From: Squalus acanthias
Taxonomy: Eukaryota
Reading direction: 5' to 3'
Assembly: GCA_030390025.1 (NCBI GenBank)
Contig: CM059452.1
Location: 9,052,001 to 9,116,000 of the forward strand
Length of the DNA: 64,000 nt
Shown: piece by piece, positions 48,470 through 61,544 of the stretch
Numbering within the stretch: position 1 is the stretch's first letter
How the letters are laid out: every line of letters starts with the position of its first letter
The notes under the pieces: generated by a model
Told to the model about the DNA's origin: nothing
Database searches by the model: none
Seen by the model: the letters and a program-made list of their open reading frames with translations, nothing else
Made by a program: the position numbers and the translations under genes

Positions 48470-51008
48470 ATAATGAAACAGTTTGGGTAGAGATTAGGAA
48501 TAATAAGGGGAAGAAAACACTGGTGGGCGTAGTATATAGGCCTCCTAATAGTTGCAACTCTGTTGGAAGAAGTATTAATCAGGAAATAGTTGGGGCATGT
48601 AATAAGGGAACAGCTATAATTATGGGGGATTTTAACTATCATATTAACTGGACAAATCAAATTGGGCAGGGCAGCCTTGAGGAAGAGTTTATTGAGTGTC
48701 TTAGGGATGGATTTCTTGAGCAGTATGTAACTGATCCTACAAGGGGGCAAGCAACCTTGGACCTGGTACTGTGTAATGAGTCTGGATTAATTAATAATGT
48801 CCTAGTTAAGGATCCCCTTGGAATGCGTGACCATAACATGGTTGAATTCCATATCCAATTAGAGGGTGAGAAGGTTGGTTCTCAAACAAGCGTACTGAGC
48901 TTGAATAAAGGAGACTATGATGGCATGAGAGCAGAATTGATTAAAGTGGACTGGGAAAATAGATTAAAGGGTAAGACGGTACATGAGCAGTGGTGTTCAT
49001 TCAAGGAGTTATTTTACAACTTTCAAAATAAATATATTCCACTGAGGAAAAAAGGGTGTAAAAGAAATGACAGCCATCCATGGCTAAGTAAAGAAATTAA
49101 AGAAAGTATCCAACTAAAAACAAGGACATATAAGGTAGCCAAAGTTAGTGGGAGGATAGAAGATTGGGAAGTCTTCAAAGACAACAAAAAGTAACTAAAG
49201 GATTGATTAAGAAAGGGAAAATAGACTATGAAAATAAATTAGCAAAAAATATAAAAACAGATAGCAAGAGTTTCTATAGTTATATAAAAAGAAAAAGGGT
49301 GGTTAAGGCAAACGTAGGTCCCTTAGAGGATGAGACCGGGAAATTAATGGTGGGAAACATGGAGATGGCAAAAATGCTGAACAAATATTTTGTTTCAGTC
49401 TTTACGGTAGAGGACACTAAGAATATCCCAACACTGGACAAACAGGGGGCTCTAGTGGGGGAGGAGCTAAATACGATTAAAATCACTAAGGAATTGGTAC
49501 TCAGTAAAATAATGGGACTCAAGGCGGATAAATCCCCTGGGCCTGATGGCTTACATCCTAGGGTCTTGAGGGAAGTGGCAGTAGGAATTGTGGATGCTTT
49601 GGTAATAATTTTCCAAAACTCCCTGAACTCAGCAAAGGTCCCGGCAGATTGGAAAACTGCTAATGTAACACCCTTATTTAAAAAGGGTTGTAGGCAGAAG
49701 GCTGGAAATTATAGACCAGTTAGCCTAACATCTGTGGTGGGTAAAATTTTGGAGTCTATTATTAAGGAGACAGTAACGGAACATTTAGATAAACATAATT
49801 TAATAGGACAAAGTCAGCATGGCTTTATGAAGGGGAAGTCATGTCTGACAAATTTGCTCGAGTTCTTTGAGGACATAACGTACAGGGTGGATAAAGGGGA
49901 ACCAGTGGATGTAGTGTATTTAGACTTCCAGAAGGCATTCGACAAGGTGCCACATAAAAGATTATTACTCAAGATAAAAAATCGCTGGATTGGGGGTAAT
50001 ATTCTGGCATGGGTGGAGGATTGGTTATCTAACAGGAAGCAGAGAGTTGGGATAAATGGTTCATTCTCGGACTGGCAAACAATACAATATTGGAAAATGT
50101 GAGGTTATGCACTTTGGCAGGAAAAATCAGAGAGCAAGTTATTATCTTAATGGCGAGAAACTGGAAAGTACTGCAGTACAAAGGGGCCTGGGGGTCTTGG
50201 TGCAAGAAAATCAAAAAGTTAGTATGCAGGTGCAGCAGGTGATCAAGAAAGCCAATGGAATGTTGGCTTTTATTGCTAGGGGGATAGAATATAAAAACAG
50301 GGAGGTATTGCTGCAGTTGTATAGGGTATTGGTGAGACCGCACCTGGAGTACTGCATACAGTTTTGGTGTCCATACTTAAGAAAAGACATACTTGCTCTC
50401 GAGGCAGTACAAAGAAGGTTCACTCGGTTAATTCCGGGGATGAGGGGGTGGACATACGAGGAGAGGTTGAGTAGATTGGGACTCTACTCATTGGAGTTCA
50501 GAAGAATGAGAGGCGATCTTATTGAAACATATAAGATTGTGAAGGGGCTTGATCGGGTGGACGCGGTGAGGATGTTCCCAATGATGGGTGAAACTAGAGC
50601 TAGGGGACATAATCTTAGAATAAGGGGCTGCTCTTTCAAAACTGAGATGAGGAGAAACTTTTTCACTCAGAGGGTAGTAGGTCTGTGGAATTTGCTACCC
50701 CAGGAAGCTGTGGAAGCTACTTCATTAAATAAATTTAAAACAGAAATAGACCGTTTCCTAGAAGTAAAGGGAATCAGGGGTTACGGGGAGCGGGCTGGAA
50801 ATTGGACATGAGTTTGAGTTCGGATCGGTCAAGGCCCTGTGGGTGGCGGAGTGGGCCCAGGGGCTGAGTGGCCGGGTCCTGCTCCTGCTTCTTGTGTTCT
50901 TTAGAGTTGAGGTTGGATCAGATCAGCCATGATCTCATTGAATGGCGGAGCAGGCTCGAGGGGCCGATTGGTCTACTCCTGCTCCTATTTCTTATGTTCT
51001 TATGTTCT
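48470..51008 (+). mobile_element. CR1-type LINE, 5'-truncated with RT deletion
   Basis: ORFs 48523-49194, 49164-50102 and 50056-50811; (TTCTTATG)n tail. Confidence 0.9.
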
Positions 51009-51029
51009 TATATGTAGATTAAAATCACT

Positions 51030-51598
51030 CATGATAACTCGCCACAGAATACCCAGCCTCTGACCTGCTCTTGTTGCCACAGTATTTATGTGGCTGGTCC
51101 AGTTAAGTTTATGGTCAACGGTGACCCCCCACCCCACCCCCCCCAGGATATTGATGGTGGGGGATTCGGCGATGGTAATGCCATTGAATGTCAAGGGGTG
51201 GTGGTTAGACTGTCGCTTGTTGGAGATAGTCATTGCCTGGTCTTGTTGCATGCGGGCATGGACTGCTTCATTATCTGAGGAGTTGCGAATGGCACTGAGC
51301 ACTGTGCAGTCATCAGCGAACATCCCCATTTCTGACCTTATGTTGGAGGGAAGGTCATTGATGAAGCAGCTGGAGATGGTTGGGCCTAGGACACTGCCCT
51401 GAGGAACTCCTGCAGCGATGTCCTGGGGCTTTGATGATTGACCTTCAACCACCACAACCATCTTCCTTTGTGCTAGGTATGACTCTAGCCAGTGGAGACT
51501 TTTCCCCCTGATTCCCATTGACTTCCCTTTTACTCGGGCTCCTTGATGCCACACTCGGTCAAATGCTGCCTTGATATCAAGGGCAGTCACTCTCACTT
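51030..51598 (-). mobile_element. Internal RT fragment of the LINE family at 28981-31450
   Basis: VRVTALDIKAAFDRVWHQG...GVPQGSVLGP...FADD. Confidence 0.85.
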
Positions 51599-51599
51599 T

Positions 51600-51745
51600 C
51601 ATTCTGTTTCCATGGGAAACCAGGAATGTTTTCTGCAGAACTGAGTTCTGGAGACTCCTTCAAGCAGTGGCCAACAGAAGCCCAATATCTGGAAGGAACC
51701 TCAATGAGCATAAATTGTAACTTTTCAACGTCCCTAGTGTACCAA
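51600..51745 (+). pseudogene. 5' fragment of a TCR V (paralog of the 32349 V)
   Basis: Acceptor ttttctgcag then LSSGDSFKQWPTEAQYLEGTSMSINCNFSTSL; abuts V 3'-flank sequence. Confidence 0.8.
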
Positions 51746-54169
51746 AACGCCCACTGAGAGGGCGCTCTCACACCGATAACCAGAAGCAATAATTCAGCCT
51801 CCACAGTGAGAGTCACACGGACCTCCTTAAAAGTACAAAAAAACACAGCACTCAACAAGAACAGGTGAGGTCCCCTGGCCGAATTATATTAGTTAGTTGT
51901 GATTTCAACTCGCATTTATACTAAAAATGAACTTCAGCAATCATGTCTGTGGTTCCACAACTCACCTTTTGTCTTTTGATGTAATTTCCGGGCCTGCCTG
52001 TCTCTTCTCATCCCTTGTCTCCACTCTTTACTAATCGTATGGACTTTCTTCTTCCAGTCTTTAGTTTAACGATATAAAACCTTTACTGCTGCATGGCATA
52101 TTAATTCAGAACCGCTCTAACCCAGCTTCCCATAAACAGGAACTGCAGACAGGTCAGTGAATAATGTTAAGATCAGCTCCGAGAAAGAGGTTGCTGACAG
52201 GGCCAGGAACCTCCTGCTGGTCGCTCCGTTAATGGGACAGGATCTGGTTCCCATATTCTGCCTGTGTGTGTTATTTCATCTCGTGTATTCCTTCAAAACC
52301 AATACTTAATGTATTGGGGTGCTCGGGAAATCCTCCGACCCATTACTCTATTTTAGTTTCACTATATTTAGATGACACTTTCCAAGCTTGAAAACAGAGG
52401 TGTTGGAAACCCACAACCGAATGGGAGAGGACATGAAAGAGAAAATTAGTTGAATGTTTCGGGAGATCTGTGGAGAAAATAGAGAGATTTCTGATCTCTT
52501 TCGCTATTCTTGCTGTTCCGGTCACTGGTTGCCTCATTGAACTTCCGTGCGTCAGTTAACCTGCAATAAATCTGACCAAGTGCTATTGGCCTGTAAGGAG
52601 AACTCTGACTGTGTGGCAGTTTCCCCGAGGGAGGCTGTAATAAATTGCTATTCAGTGGTTCAGTTGGCTCACACCCTGTCAGTGATTTAAGCAGCCATGA
52701 AGGACAGTGATTCCCACAATGCACAGCTGGCCAGAATAGGCCCAATGTTGACCACGGGCCGTGCTGCTCCCTGGGAGCACTGTTCGCACATGCGCAACTC
52801 GCCAACCGCTTCAATTATTGTTGTCTGTATCTTTATTTCTGTCTCATATTTTCTCCTTTTTATTAAGAAAGGGAGACCGTTTCTTTTGTGGGAATTGAAG
52901 TCACACGTCACACCGCACGTCACACAAACATGGCCGTCACCGCTTTGCCCTGCACTGGATGACGCCACAATGCTTTTCGCATGTCACAGCACCGCGATTG
53001 GCTGTTTTTCACATTCATTGAGGGTCAGAGGTCACGGGCAGTCTCCAGGCTCCGGTCAGCGCTAAAGATTCCGCGTGTGTGCAGCCTATGACCCCTGACC
53101 CAGGGCTGTGACCCTGGGGGGTCAGCTCGGAAAGTCTTCAATGGGCCCTGCACCACCCGATATTCTCGGAGCCTGGGGACAGGATACAGAGCCGGCAGAG
53201 ACAGCAATGGTGGCTGAAGGTATTTGTCGCTTTGAGGGGAGGGAGAGAAATTGGGGCAGAGACATAGTTTAAACAGCAACTCCATCCATTTGCAATGTTC
53301 CTTCTCAGCCCTTCAGAAGGGCCGCCTAATTCATCCGTTCCTCAACCTGATCATATATTCAACCACAGGAGACCTCGCGCCTGGACTCCAGGAGCTCAGA
53401 GGGAAAGCAGCACTGCATCAAAAGGAGAATGCCAGAAGATACTCGGGTCTGGCCAGAAACCTCTGGAGATGTTCCCGGGGCGGGGAGGCATCGAAAGAGC
53501 CCGAGGATCCGGTTAAGGACGTGGAGCAAAACTACAGGGAAACAGGGATCAGAGATCTGAAGGTCACTGGCGGTACACAGTAGTGATGTTCACTGAGTTC
53601 ATGGAGATGGTACAAGAGGGAATGGAGCAGAGCAGGGAGAAAGGTCGTCAGGGATACAGGAGACAGATGGTCAGGGTAAATGGGTGTGGCTCAGATTGGA
53701 GAAGGGTTGGAAGTGGTTACCCCAGTGCTGGGCCTACTCTTTCATTGGTCTGTGTGGACCATTTGGACTCGGGACTCCATTAAAGGGTCTAATCCAAAAC
53801 AAAAAATACATTCTATAGCGCCCTCCCCGAGAGGAGGGCTACACTCGCTCACTTGGCCTGAACAAAACTAGAACGATATTCCATCAGAATTTGATTTTGT
53901 CCGACTGTCACACAACCTGTGTCCAGCAGTGACCAAATATACCTGAGGACACCGCGTGATCCTAATCCCCTCTCCCTCAAATACAATCTCTCCTTCTTTC
54001 CTCTCTGCCCTGGGTGTCTGTGTGCGTATACACCAGAATAGGTGGAGAGAAAGAGTGAATGTGTAACAGGGAAGTTCGAGAGTCTGTGTTTATAACAGAG
54101 AAGTTGGAAACAGAATCTCTGTGTTTATAACAGTAAAGTGAAGAGTGCCTGAGTGTGTATAACAGAAAA

Positions 54170-54455
54170 GCTGGAGAGAGAGCCTGTGTGCCGGATAGGC
54201 CCCAGACTCTGAGAATCATTTCCAGGGTTTGTGCTCCCCAGTGTGTCTGTGTCAGATATCTAACAAGTGTGCAGCTGCCGTGGGAGTGTTTGATGGGACA
54301 GTGTAGAGGGAGCTTTACTCTGTATCTAACCCATGCTGTACCTGCCCTGGGAGTGTTTGATGGGACAGTGTAGAGGGAGCTTTACTCTGTATCTAACAAG
54401 TGTGTACCTGCTCTGGAAGTGTTTGATGGGACAGTGTAGAGGGAGATTTACTCTG
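54170..54455. repeat. Inverted copy of the 59-bp satellite plus attached segment
   Basis: gggagtgtttgatgggacagtgtagagggagctttactctgtatctaac x3. Confidence 0.85.
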
Positions 54456-55298
54456 CCATGTACTGTAATGTATCAAACTGTGATGGAGCAGAGCCCTGCT
54501 CTTTATTAGAACCTGGCATGTCACTGTTACAGACCATAATATTAGAGAAGACTGCGAGGTGCGCCTGGTCGCTGTTGGTCGCTATGCAGTCATTCCGCCT
54601 CTGGGTCTTGACATAAAAAGGCAGGGGTAAAGGTGTCTTTACTCTGATGGGGCACTATGTGGCGCAGTGGCTCCTTAACCGAAGGGACTTGGGTTTAAAC
54701 ACAACCCAGACAGGACGGGTGAAAAATACCTGTCAGGGAAATAAAACAAAGTGTGATAGGGAAAATGGAGCGGTATGGAGCAGCCTTGGAGAAAGGAATT
54801 CAGCAAAGTCCAAGTTAGTCAATTTGTCATTCCAGATTTATTAACAATTTCACAGAGAACAATTTACAGTGAAGTTTTTAAAAAGTTAACACAAAGTGAA
54901 TATAACAACAGAGCGTCACATTGAGACCTGAACACAGGCGGTCTGAGCTGCCAGTTATCTGTACAACTGTAACAGACACCAGGGAGAGAAAACAGGGGCT
55001 CTACATAAAGGGAAGGGAACAATTGTGAATTACGAATGAGAAAAGTGACTTATTTACACATGAAATATTCAAACAACGGTGAAACTCTAAGATTCATTTA
55101 CATTATAGCCACGATTATCTCACACATTTCAAACAGAGAGACGGAAATCCCGGTTATGATTTTCTCAGCTACAGATTCGGATCTATTAACTGAAGGCATT
55201 TGACTCTGAGAATCACCAAGAGGACATATTTTATTTTCAGGACACAGAGATGTTAATAAACAGATGAGGAAAATCCACGGCGTCCGAAATTCAACCGT

Positions 55299-55307
55299 TC
55301 ACTTGAT
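55299..55307 (-). CDS. IGHM: IgM TM2 exon coding part (IK*)
   Basis: ttttacag|ATC AAG TGA, 140 nt downstream of the TM1 donor. Confidence 0.85.
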   Translation of the reverse strand: MK

Positions 55308-55447
55308 CTGTAAAAGAGGGATAAAAGAATGAAGCAGAGATTTAGTGGTTTGGGGCATTTATCTCAGGGTTTTTATCAATGAAACTTTTAGAGATTTGTC
55401 AAACCGCTTCAGTCAGATCGAAGTGTGAGTGGATTGAATCTTCTCAC

Positions 55448-55575
55448 CTTCACTAGAGTGACGGCAGCGCTGTAGGCCATGCTCAGGAAGAACAGGATGA
55501 TGAATGTGGAAGCGGTTGTCCAGATGTTGCCGCTCTCTTCCTCATAGTCTTCAATCAAGATGTGGTCTGAGGAAT
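55448..55575 (-). CDS. IGHM: IgM TM1 exon
   Basis: DSSDHILIEDYEEESGNIWTTASTFIILFFLSMAYSAAVTLVK (CART motif); cgtag acceptor, GTGAG donor. Confidence 0.95.
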
Positions 55576-56219
55576 CTACGGGGATGTAGAGGCGGAAATA
55601 TATTCAGATCCTTTATTAATCCAAGATATCATATTATTATTATATATTCTCTTCTTTTCCTTAAGGTATTAGTTTGTTCTCTAATTGAATTTTCAATGTA
55701 TATCTTGAGTTAAGTTAATCACTCTCAGCAATCTATCTCTGTTCCTAACTCCACAGTCGCTCTTCCTTTATGATCCTCCTATAGTCTGTGCTGGAAAAAA
55801 CGACAGTTTTTTCTTCAATGTCACACGCTAATTGATTTTGCATCAATTTCGTACAATCTATCATTCGGGAATTATGTGATGAAATATCGAGGGAGGTTTA
55901 CTGATTGATATCGATTATTTTAACGATAGGTTTAGATAGCTACTTATTTGGAGACTGTCAATGGGGCTGGGTAAGAGATCAGATGTGAGTTATAATCTTG
56001 TTTATTTATTTGTTATGGCAGTGCTCTGAACATAATTAACTTGTATCAGTTTCCAACAAGAACATTGATTCAGTGTATGTGTAGGACCAGAATAGAGAAA
56101 TGTGAGATGTTATGGTATCAGGAATTATTCATTCAGAACAATCGTTGGAAACTGTGCTCGTTCAAAAAGTGCATTTTAATTCTACAATCGTCTATAGCCT
56201 GAGGTTTTTTCGCGCATTC

Positions 56220-56975
56220 GTATTTGCGTATGTGTGTATAACAATCTCTTGTTTTGTTTTAGTCTGTGTTTGTGTGTTAATGTGTGTGTTGCTGTGTAAG
56301 TGTGTGTGCTGATGTTTAAGTTTGCGTGTTTGTGTAATTCTATATATGGGTATTTATGTGTAAGTGTGTGATTATGTGTAAGTGTGCGTGTATTTTTGTC
56401 AGTTTGTGTATGTTTATGTGTAAGTCTTTGTATAAGTGTGTGTGTTTATTTGTAATTGTGTGTGTGTTTGTGTGTAAGTTTATTTGTAAATGTGTTTATG
56501 TTTAATTGTGTGTTTGTTTTTTGTGTATGTGCGTCCATGTGTGTGTTTATGTTTATGTTTATGGTTATGTGGAAGTGTTTGTGTATGTTCAGGTGTAAGC
56601 GTGTGAGTGTTTCTGTGTAATTGTGTGTTTGTTTGTAAGTGTGTGTTTGTGTGTGTGTGTTTGTGTTCATGTGTGAGTTTATGGGTGTGTAAGTGTGTGT
56701 GTGTTAATGCGTGTGTTTGTGTGTGTTTTGTTTAAGGGTGTGCGCGTGTGTATTTCCGGTACTGTTCAAAGTTTCAGCGAGTACCAATAACTGGGTCTGA
56801 CAATGACGGTGTGTATTATATTCTGGGTATGTGTAATATTCTATGTCAATGTGTTAATGCGTGTGTTTATGTGTAAGTCTGTGTGTGTTTATGTGTAAGT
56901 GTGCACTTACAAAAAACACACACACACACAAAATCGCAAAAGCACTTACACATAAACACAGACACACTCACTTTA
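56220..56975. repeat. TG-rich low-complexity tract
   Basis: Degenerate (TG)n/(TTTG)n. Confidence 0.85.
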
Positions 56976-57304
56976 CACGCATTCTTCCCCGCTCTGTGGA
57001 AATGTGTTCTGTGTGAGACGCAATGTGACGTCAGCCGATGGGCCTCAGAATCTTCAGGGACACAACCGTGAGAAACCCGCAGAGGATTCAATCACCAGTT
57101 CAGATTTGGACTATTAAAATTCAATCTGTTAGTTTATGAATAACAGGGACAGATTTACCCCAAACACTAGTTAAAGATAAGTTGTTGAATAAATATTTAT
57201 TTTACAATATGATTCTCATCCGGCAACTTTAACGTTTTTAGACTGTGAGTTAAAGCTGACTTTTTACTGATGGCAACTGAGTTCATATAATAGAGATTGG
57301 TTCA

Positions 57305-58462
57305 CCTCCCCTCTCTCTGGTGGGGGAGTGGGGGGTACAGTGGCTTCACAATTACCCTTTCCCCTCTCTGGTGGGGGAGTGGGGGTACAGTGGGTTAACA
57401 ATTACCCTTTCCCCTCTCTGGTGGGGGAGTGGGGGGTACAGTGGGTTAACATTGCCCTTTCCCCTCTCTGGTGGGGGAGTGGGGGTACAGTGGGTTAACA
57501 ATTGCCCTTTCCCCTCTCTCTGGTGGGGGAGTGGGGGGTACAGTGGGTTAACAATTGCCCTTTCCCCTCTCTCTGGTGGGGGAGTGGGGGTACAGTGGGT
57601 TAACAATTGTCCCTTTCCCCTCTCTCTTGTGGGGGAGTGGGGGTACAGTGGGTTAACAATTGCCCTTTCCCCTCTCTCTGGTGGGGGAGTGGGGGGTACA
57701 GTAGGTTAACAATTGCCCTTTCCCCTCTCTCTGGTGGGGGAGTGGGGGTACAGTTGGTTAACAATTACCCTTTCCCCTCTCTCTGGTGGGGGAGTGGGGG
57801 TACAGTTGGTTAACAATTGCCCTCTCCCCTCTCTCTGGTGGGGGAGTGGAGGTACAGTGGGTTAACAATTACCCTTTCCCCTCTCTCTGGTGGGGGAGTG
57901 GGGGTACAGTGGGTTAACAATTGCCCTCTCCCCTCTCTCTGGTGGGGGAGAGGGGGGTACAGTGGGTTAACAATTGCTGAGATGAGGAGGAACTACTTCA
58001 CTCAGAGGGTGGTAGGTCCATGGAATATGCTGCCACAAAAAGCTGTAGAAGCTACATCATTAAATAAATTTAAAACAGAAATAGACAGTTTCCTAGAAGT
58101 AAAGGGCATTAAGGGTTACGGGGAGCGGGCAGGAATTTGGACATGAGTCTAGGTTCGGATCGGTCATGGCCCTGTGGGTAGTGGAGCGGGCCCAGGGACC
58201 GTGTAGCCTGATTCTGCTCCTATTTCGTGTGTGCAATTCTGTTAGATGCAGGAGATGGTTCTGTGATAGTAGATAGTAGATTGGCGGTTAGGATCAGATC
58301 AGCCATGATCTTATTGAATGGCGGAGCAGGCTCGAGGGGCCGATTGGCCTACTCCTGCTCCTATTTCTTATGTTCTTTCCCCTCTCTCTGGTGGGGGAGT
58401 GGAGGTACAGTGGGTTAACAATTACCCTTTCCCCTCTCTCTGGTGGGGGAGTGGGGGTACAG
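57305..58462. repeat. ~52-bp G-rich minisatellite interrupted by a CR1 3' end (57977-58376)
   Basis: Unit tggtgggggagtggggggtacagtgggttaacaattgccctttcccctctctc; units resume after the CR1 tail. Confidence 0.9.
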
Positions 58463-58894
58463 TTCGTGTTCGTGTGTGGCCTTATTTCAGATCCCAGAGG
58501 GTGCGATGCTGCAAAATAAAACTGGCCCCAATTCTGAAGGGTTGGACAACACGGGAAACAGGGACACCGAGATCTAAATGTGCTGCGTTTGTTTGTCTGA
58601 AATGGGAACTTTTAGATTCCCCCCAGCGGGACGAAAGTTGCTGAAGTGACTTTGAGGAATCCTGCCATGAAAGAGCTTCAGTCTGTCTCTAACCCGTGGT
58701 GTATCTGAGCTGGGAGCGGTGGCTGTACAAGCCTTGGGCCCGAGACCGGTAAATATCCTGCTTCAGATAAACAGCCCTCCCCTTGGCAAAAATGGGAAAC
58801 AAAATTAATTGAGCGGCTGTGTGTGTAACTGACGATTGGAAGAAAAGGCCTTTATTGGTTTTTATTCAAGAACTGAAATGCAATCGAGTGATTC

Positions 58895-59286
58895 TCATTG
58901 ACAAGAATTAACGGTGTCCATCAGAACAAGGGAAATGTTGACAAAACTGGGTTTACCGCTGGATTTATTAACCGTTCTGTTGATGATCTTCAAGGGGATC
59001 GCTTCATGTCCCACCACACAGGAGTAAGAAGCGCCGCTGGCCCACTCCTCCGCTGCAATGGATAACAGGCTGTACATGAAGAAGGAACTGCTGCCGTTCT
59101 CCGCCATCACCTCGGTGTTCTTGTAGTTGCCGGAATTCACCGGCTTGTCATTGACGGTCCACTTGACGAAGATCTCTCGGGGGGAGAAACCTCTCACTAA
59201 GCAGGTGAGGCTGACGAACCTCTGAGCGGAGACTTCTTCTGCCGGGGGCAGGAGGACAGACACGGACGGTTCCCGTGGATGTTTAG
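58895..59286 (-). CDS. IGHM: IgM CH4 + secretory tailpiece exon (cluster 2)
   Basis: Intact C1-set domain and tail ...DTVNSCQ; acceptor ctgcag; AATAAA at ~58851-58866. Confidence 0.96.
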
Positions 59287-59805
59287 CTGCAGAACAATTA
59301 CAATAAAGGTCAATAAACTGGAGAATTCCAGAGACAATGAAACCGGCGGTTAGATGTGAGAGAAATGTGCTTTGCGCTGAATTTTAAAGGATTCCATTTT
59401 CCCCCTCTGTGTCCTGTCCGGTTTTCCAGCCCCGAGCAGAGGGAGATACAATCCTTCTCTCTGGGAGCTTGAAGAGTTGGACTGGAAAATTATATAGAAT
59501 TCACATCACAGAAACAGACCATTCGGCCCAACTGGTCAATGCCGCTGTTTATGCTCCACACGAGACTCCTCCCACCTTACTTCATCTAACCCTAATAACA
59601 TATCCTTCTATTCCTTTTTCCCTCATTAACTTATCCAGCTTCCCTTTAAATGCATCATCTCTGGTCCCAGAGGGTTTAGTTAGTGGAATTGCCCATTGAA
59701 TTATCAGAGCAGTCCATTAAAACACTTAATAGAACGAATTGGGCCGTGCACAAGCACCGGAAATAGTCACAGAGTCTCACTTATTGCTACAATCTCACCG
59801 CTCAC

Positions 59806-60114
59806 CTTTTTCCTTGTGGATGGAATCTCTTATAGGAGTCGGCATATCCTGATGGCTCACCACGCAGTAGAACTCATCCCCACTCAGCCAGGCTTGTGTC
59901 GAGATGTTTAAGTTGCTGATCACGCTGTTGGGAGCCTCTCCGGGTTGGACGGCAATCTCTGATTTCAAAGTCTCCTTTTCTCGGGTCCAGGACACGTTGA
60001 CTCCATAAGGAGCATTAGACACGACGCAGGTTAAGGTCACCGTCGCCTCCAGTAAGACCTGTTCTAGTGACGGTTGCGGAAGAGTGATTTCTGGATCGTT
60101 GCATGAGGAACCAT
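59806..60114 (-). CDS. IGHM: IgM CH3 exon
   Basis: [43 protein letters not shown]...FYCVVSHQD; 309 nt, AG/GT boundaries. Confidence 0.95.
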
Positions 60115-60814
60115 CTGTGAACAGAAATGAAAGTCAAGCAAAGCTTCATCTTCAGAATCAGGACACCAGTATTCAGCCTTCACTCTCTCAGGGAGAATAA
60201 ATCACCTTTGAGATATTAACCTCTCGTTGTTGCTTAAACACCATCGTTATTGGAAGGACAACGAATTGACAACGATTCCGGGAGACTCTTTAACATTTCC
60301 TGTGTATTTGCTCCCAGAGCCTCCTGTAATGGGCTGTGAAGCAAATACCCGGCGTAAAAAATGAATAAATTCGGGCGCAATTGTGTTACGCACTGAATAG
60401 CGCTCTTCCTGAAATCCCTTGCTCCTTTACGCCCGTCTATAGATCCTTGTGCCCGAACGCATTCCCGCTCATTATAATGGCTCCGCCCCCAGGGTCAAGA
60501 GCTCTACACGAAAATTACACTGGTTCAAAACGAGTGTCAAATGAAATCCAGGATTTTAGGTGCAACAGGAAACAAAGTTAATTTTCTGGTGTCTTGTTGC
60601 GATTTTGGGGCGATGAAAATGTGCAGGAACCAGTTGCAGCCCCTGTCAGAGGAGAAGTGAAAGGTCGGGAGAATGGAGTTCCAAGGGGTCTTTGTGGTGG
60701 TGAATAATGTGTAATGCCGATGTGAAGTAGTTTCTTCATCTCTGTCATTAGTGAGCACTTAACATGTCTGGTGAGAGAGAGTCAGAAGGAAATATGACCG
60801 CAGGGCAGTAATAA

Positions 60815-61360
60815 CAACATGGGAACAGGAGTAGGCCATTCGGCCCATCCAGCCTGTTCCGCCATTCAATGAGATCATGGCTGATCTACACCTCAACACC
60901 ATCTACCCGCCTTGTTTCTGTAACCCTTGATACCCTTGCCTTACAAAAATCTATCAATCGCAGTTTTGAAATTTTCCGTTGACCCCCAGCCTCAACAGCT
61001 TTTGGGGGAGAGAGTTCCAGATTTCCACTGTCCTTTGTGTGAAGAAGTGCTTCCTGACATCACCGCTGAACGGCTCGGTTCTAATTTTAAGGTTATGCTC
61101 CTTGTTCTGGACTCCCGCACCAGAGGAAATAGTTTCTCTCTATCTCCCCTATCAATTCCATTTATCAACTTAAACACCTCAATTAGATCACCTCTTAATC
61201 TTCTATACTCAAAGGAATACAAGCCTATTCTGTGCAACCTCTCCTCATAATTTAACCATTTTAGCCCTGGTACGTTTCGGGTGAATTTGCGTTGCATCCC
61301 CTCTAAAGCCAATATATCCATCCTGATGTGTGGTGCCCAGAATTGAACGCAGTTCTCTAA
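60815..61360 (-). mobile_element. CR1-type LINE 3' fragment
   Basis: DILALEGMQRKFTR...NYEERL...RLRGDLIEVFK. Confidence 0.85.
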
Positions 61361-61544
61361 ATAGGGAAGATGTCCTTTCTAGCAGTGCGCCCCGAGACAG
61401 TTACCAGTAAAGGGTTCCAGACACCTACTGTCGCTCCGAATATGATCAGCCAACTCAGGATTAACCTGAGACCAAGGACACCTCATGCACTCTCTGACAT
61501 CAGAGCAGAGGGAAACCTTCTTTGGCGAGGTTATGGAATCCTGA

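Noticed and set aside
53251-53783. ORFs of 110, 73 and 66 aa as a protein-coding gene
   Set aside because: No recognisable domain or exon structure; kept only as an unexplained region
57026-57033. Isolated CRE in the CH4-TM intron as an enhancer
   Set aside because: Single 8-mer next to low-complexity DNA with no supporting motif cluster
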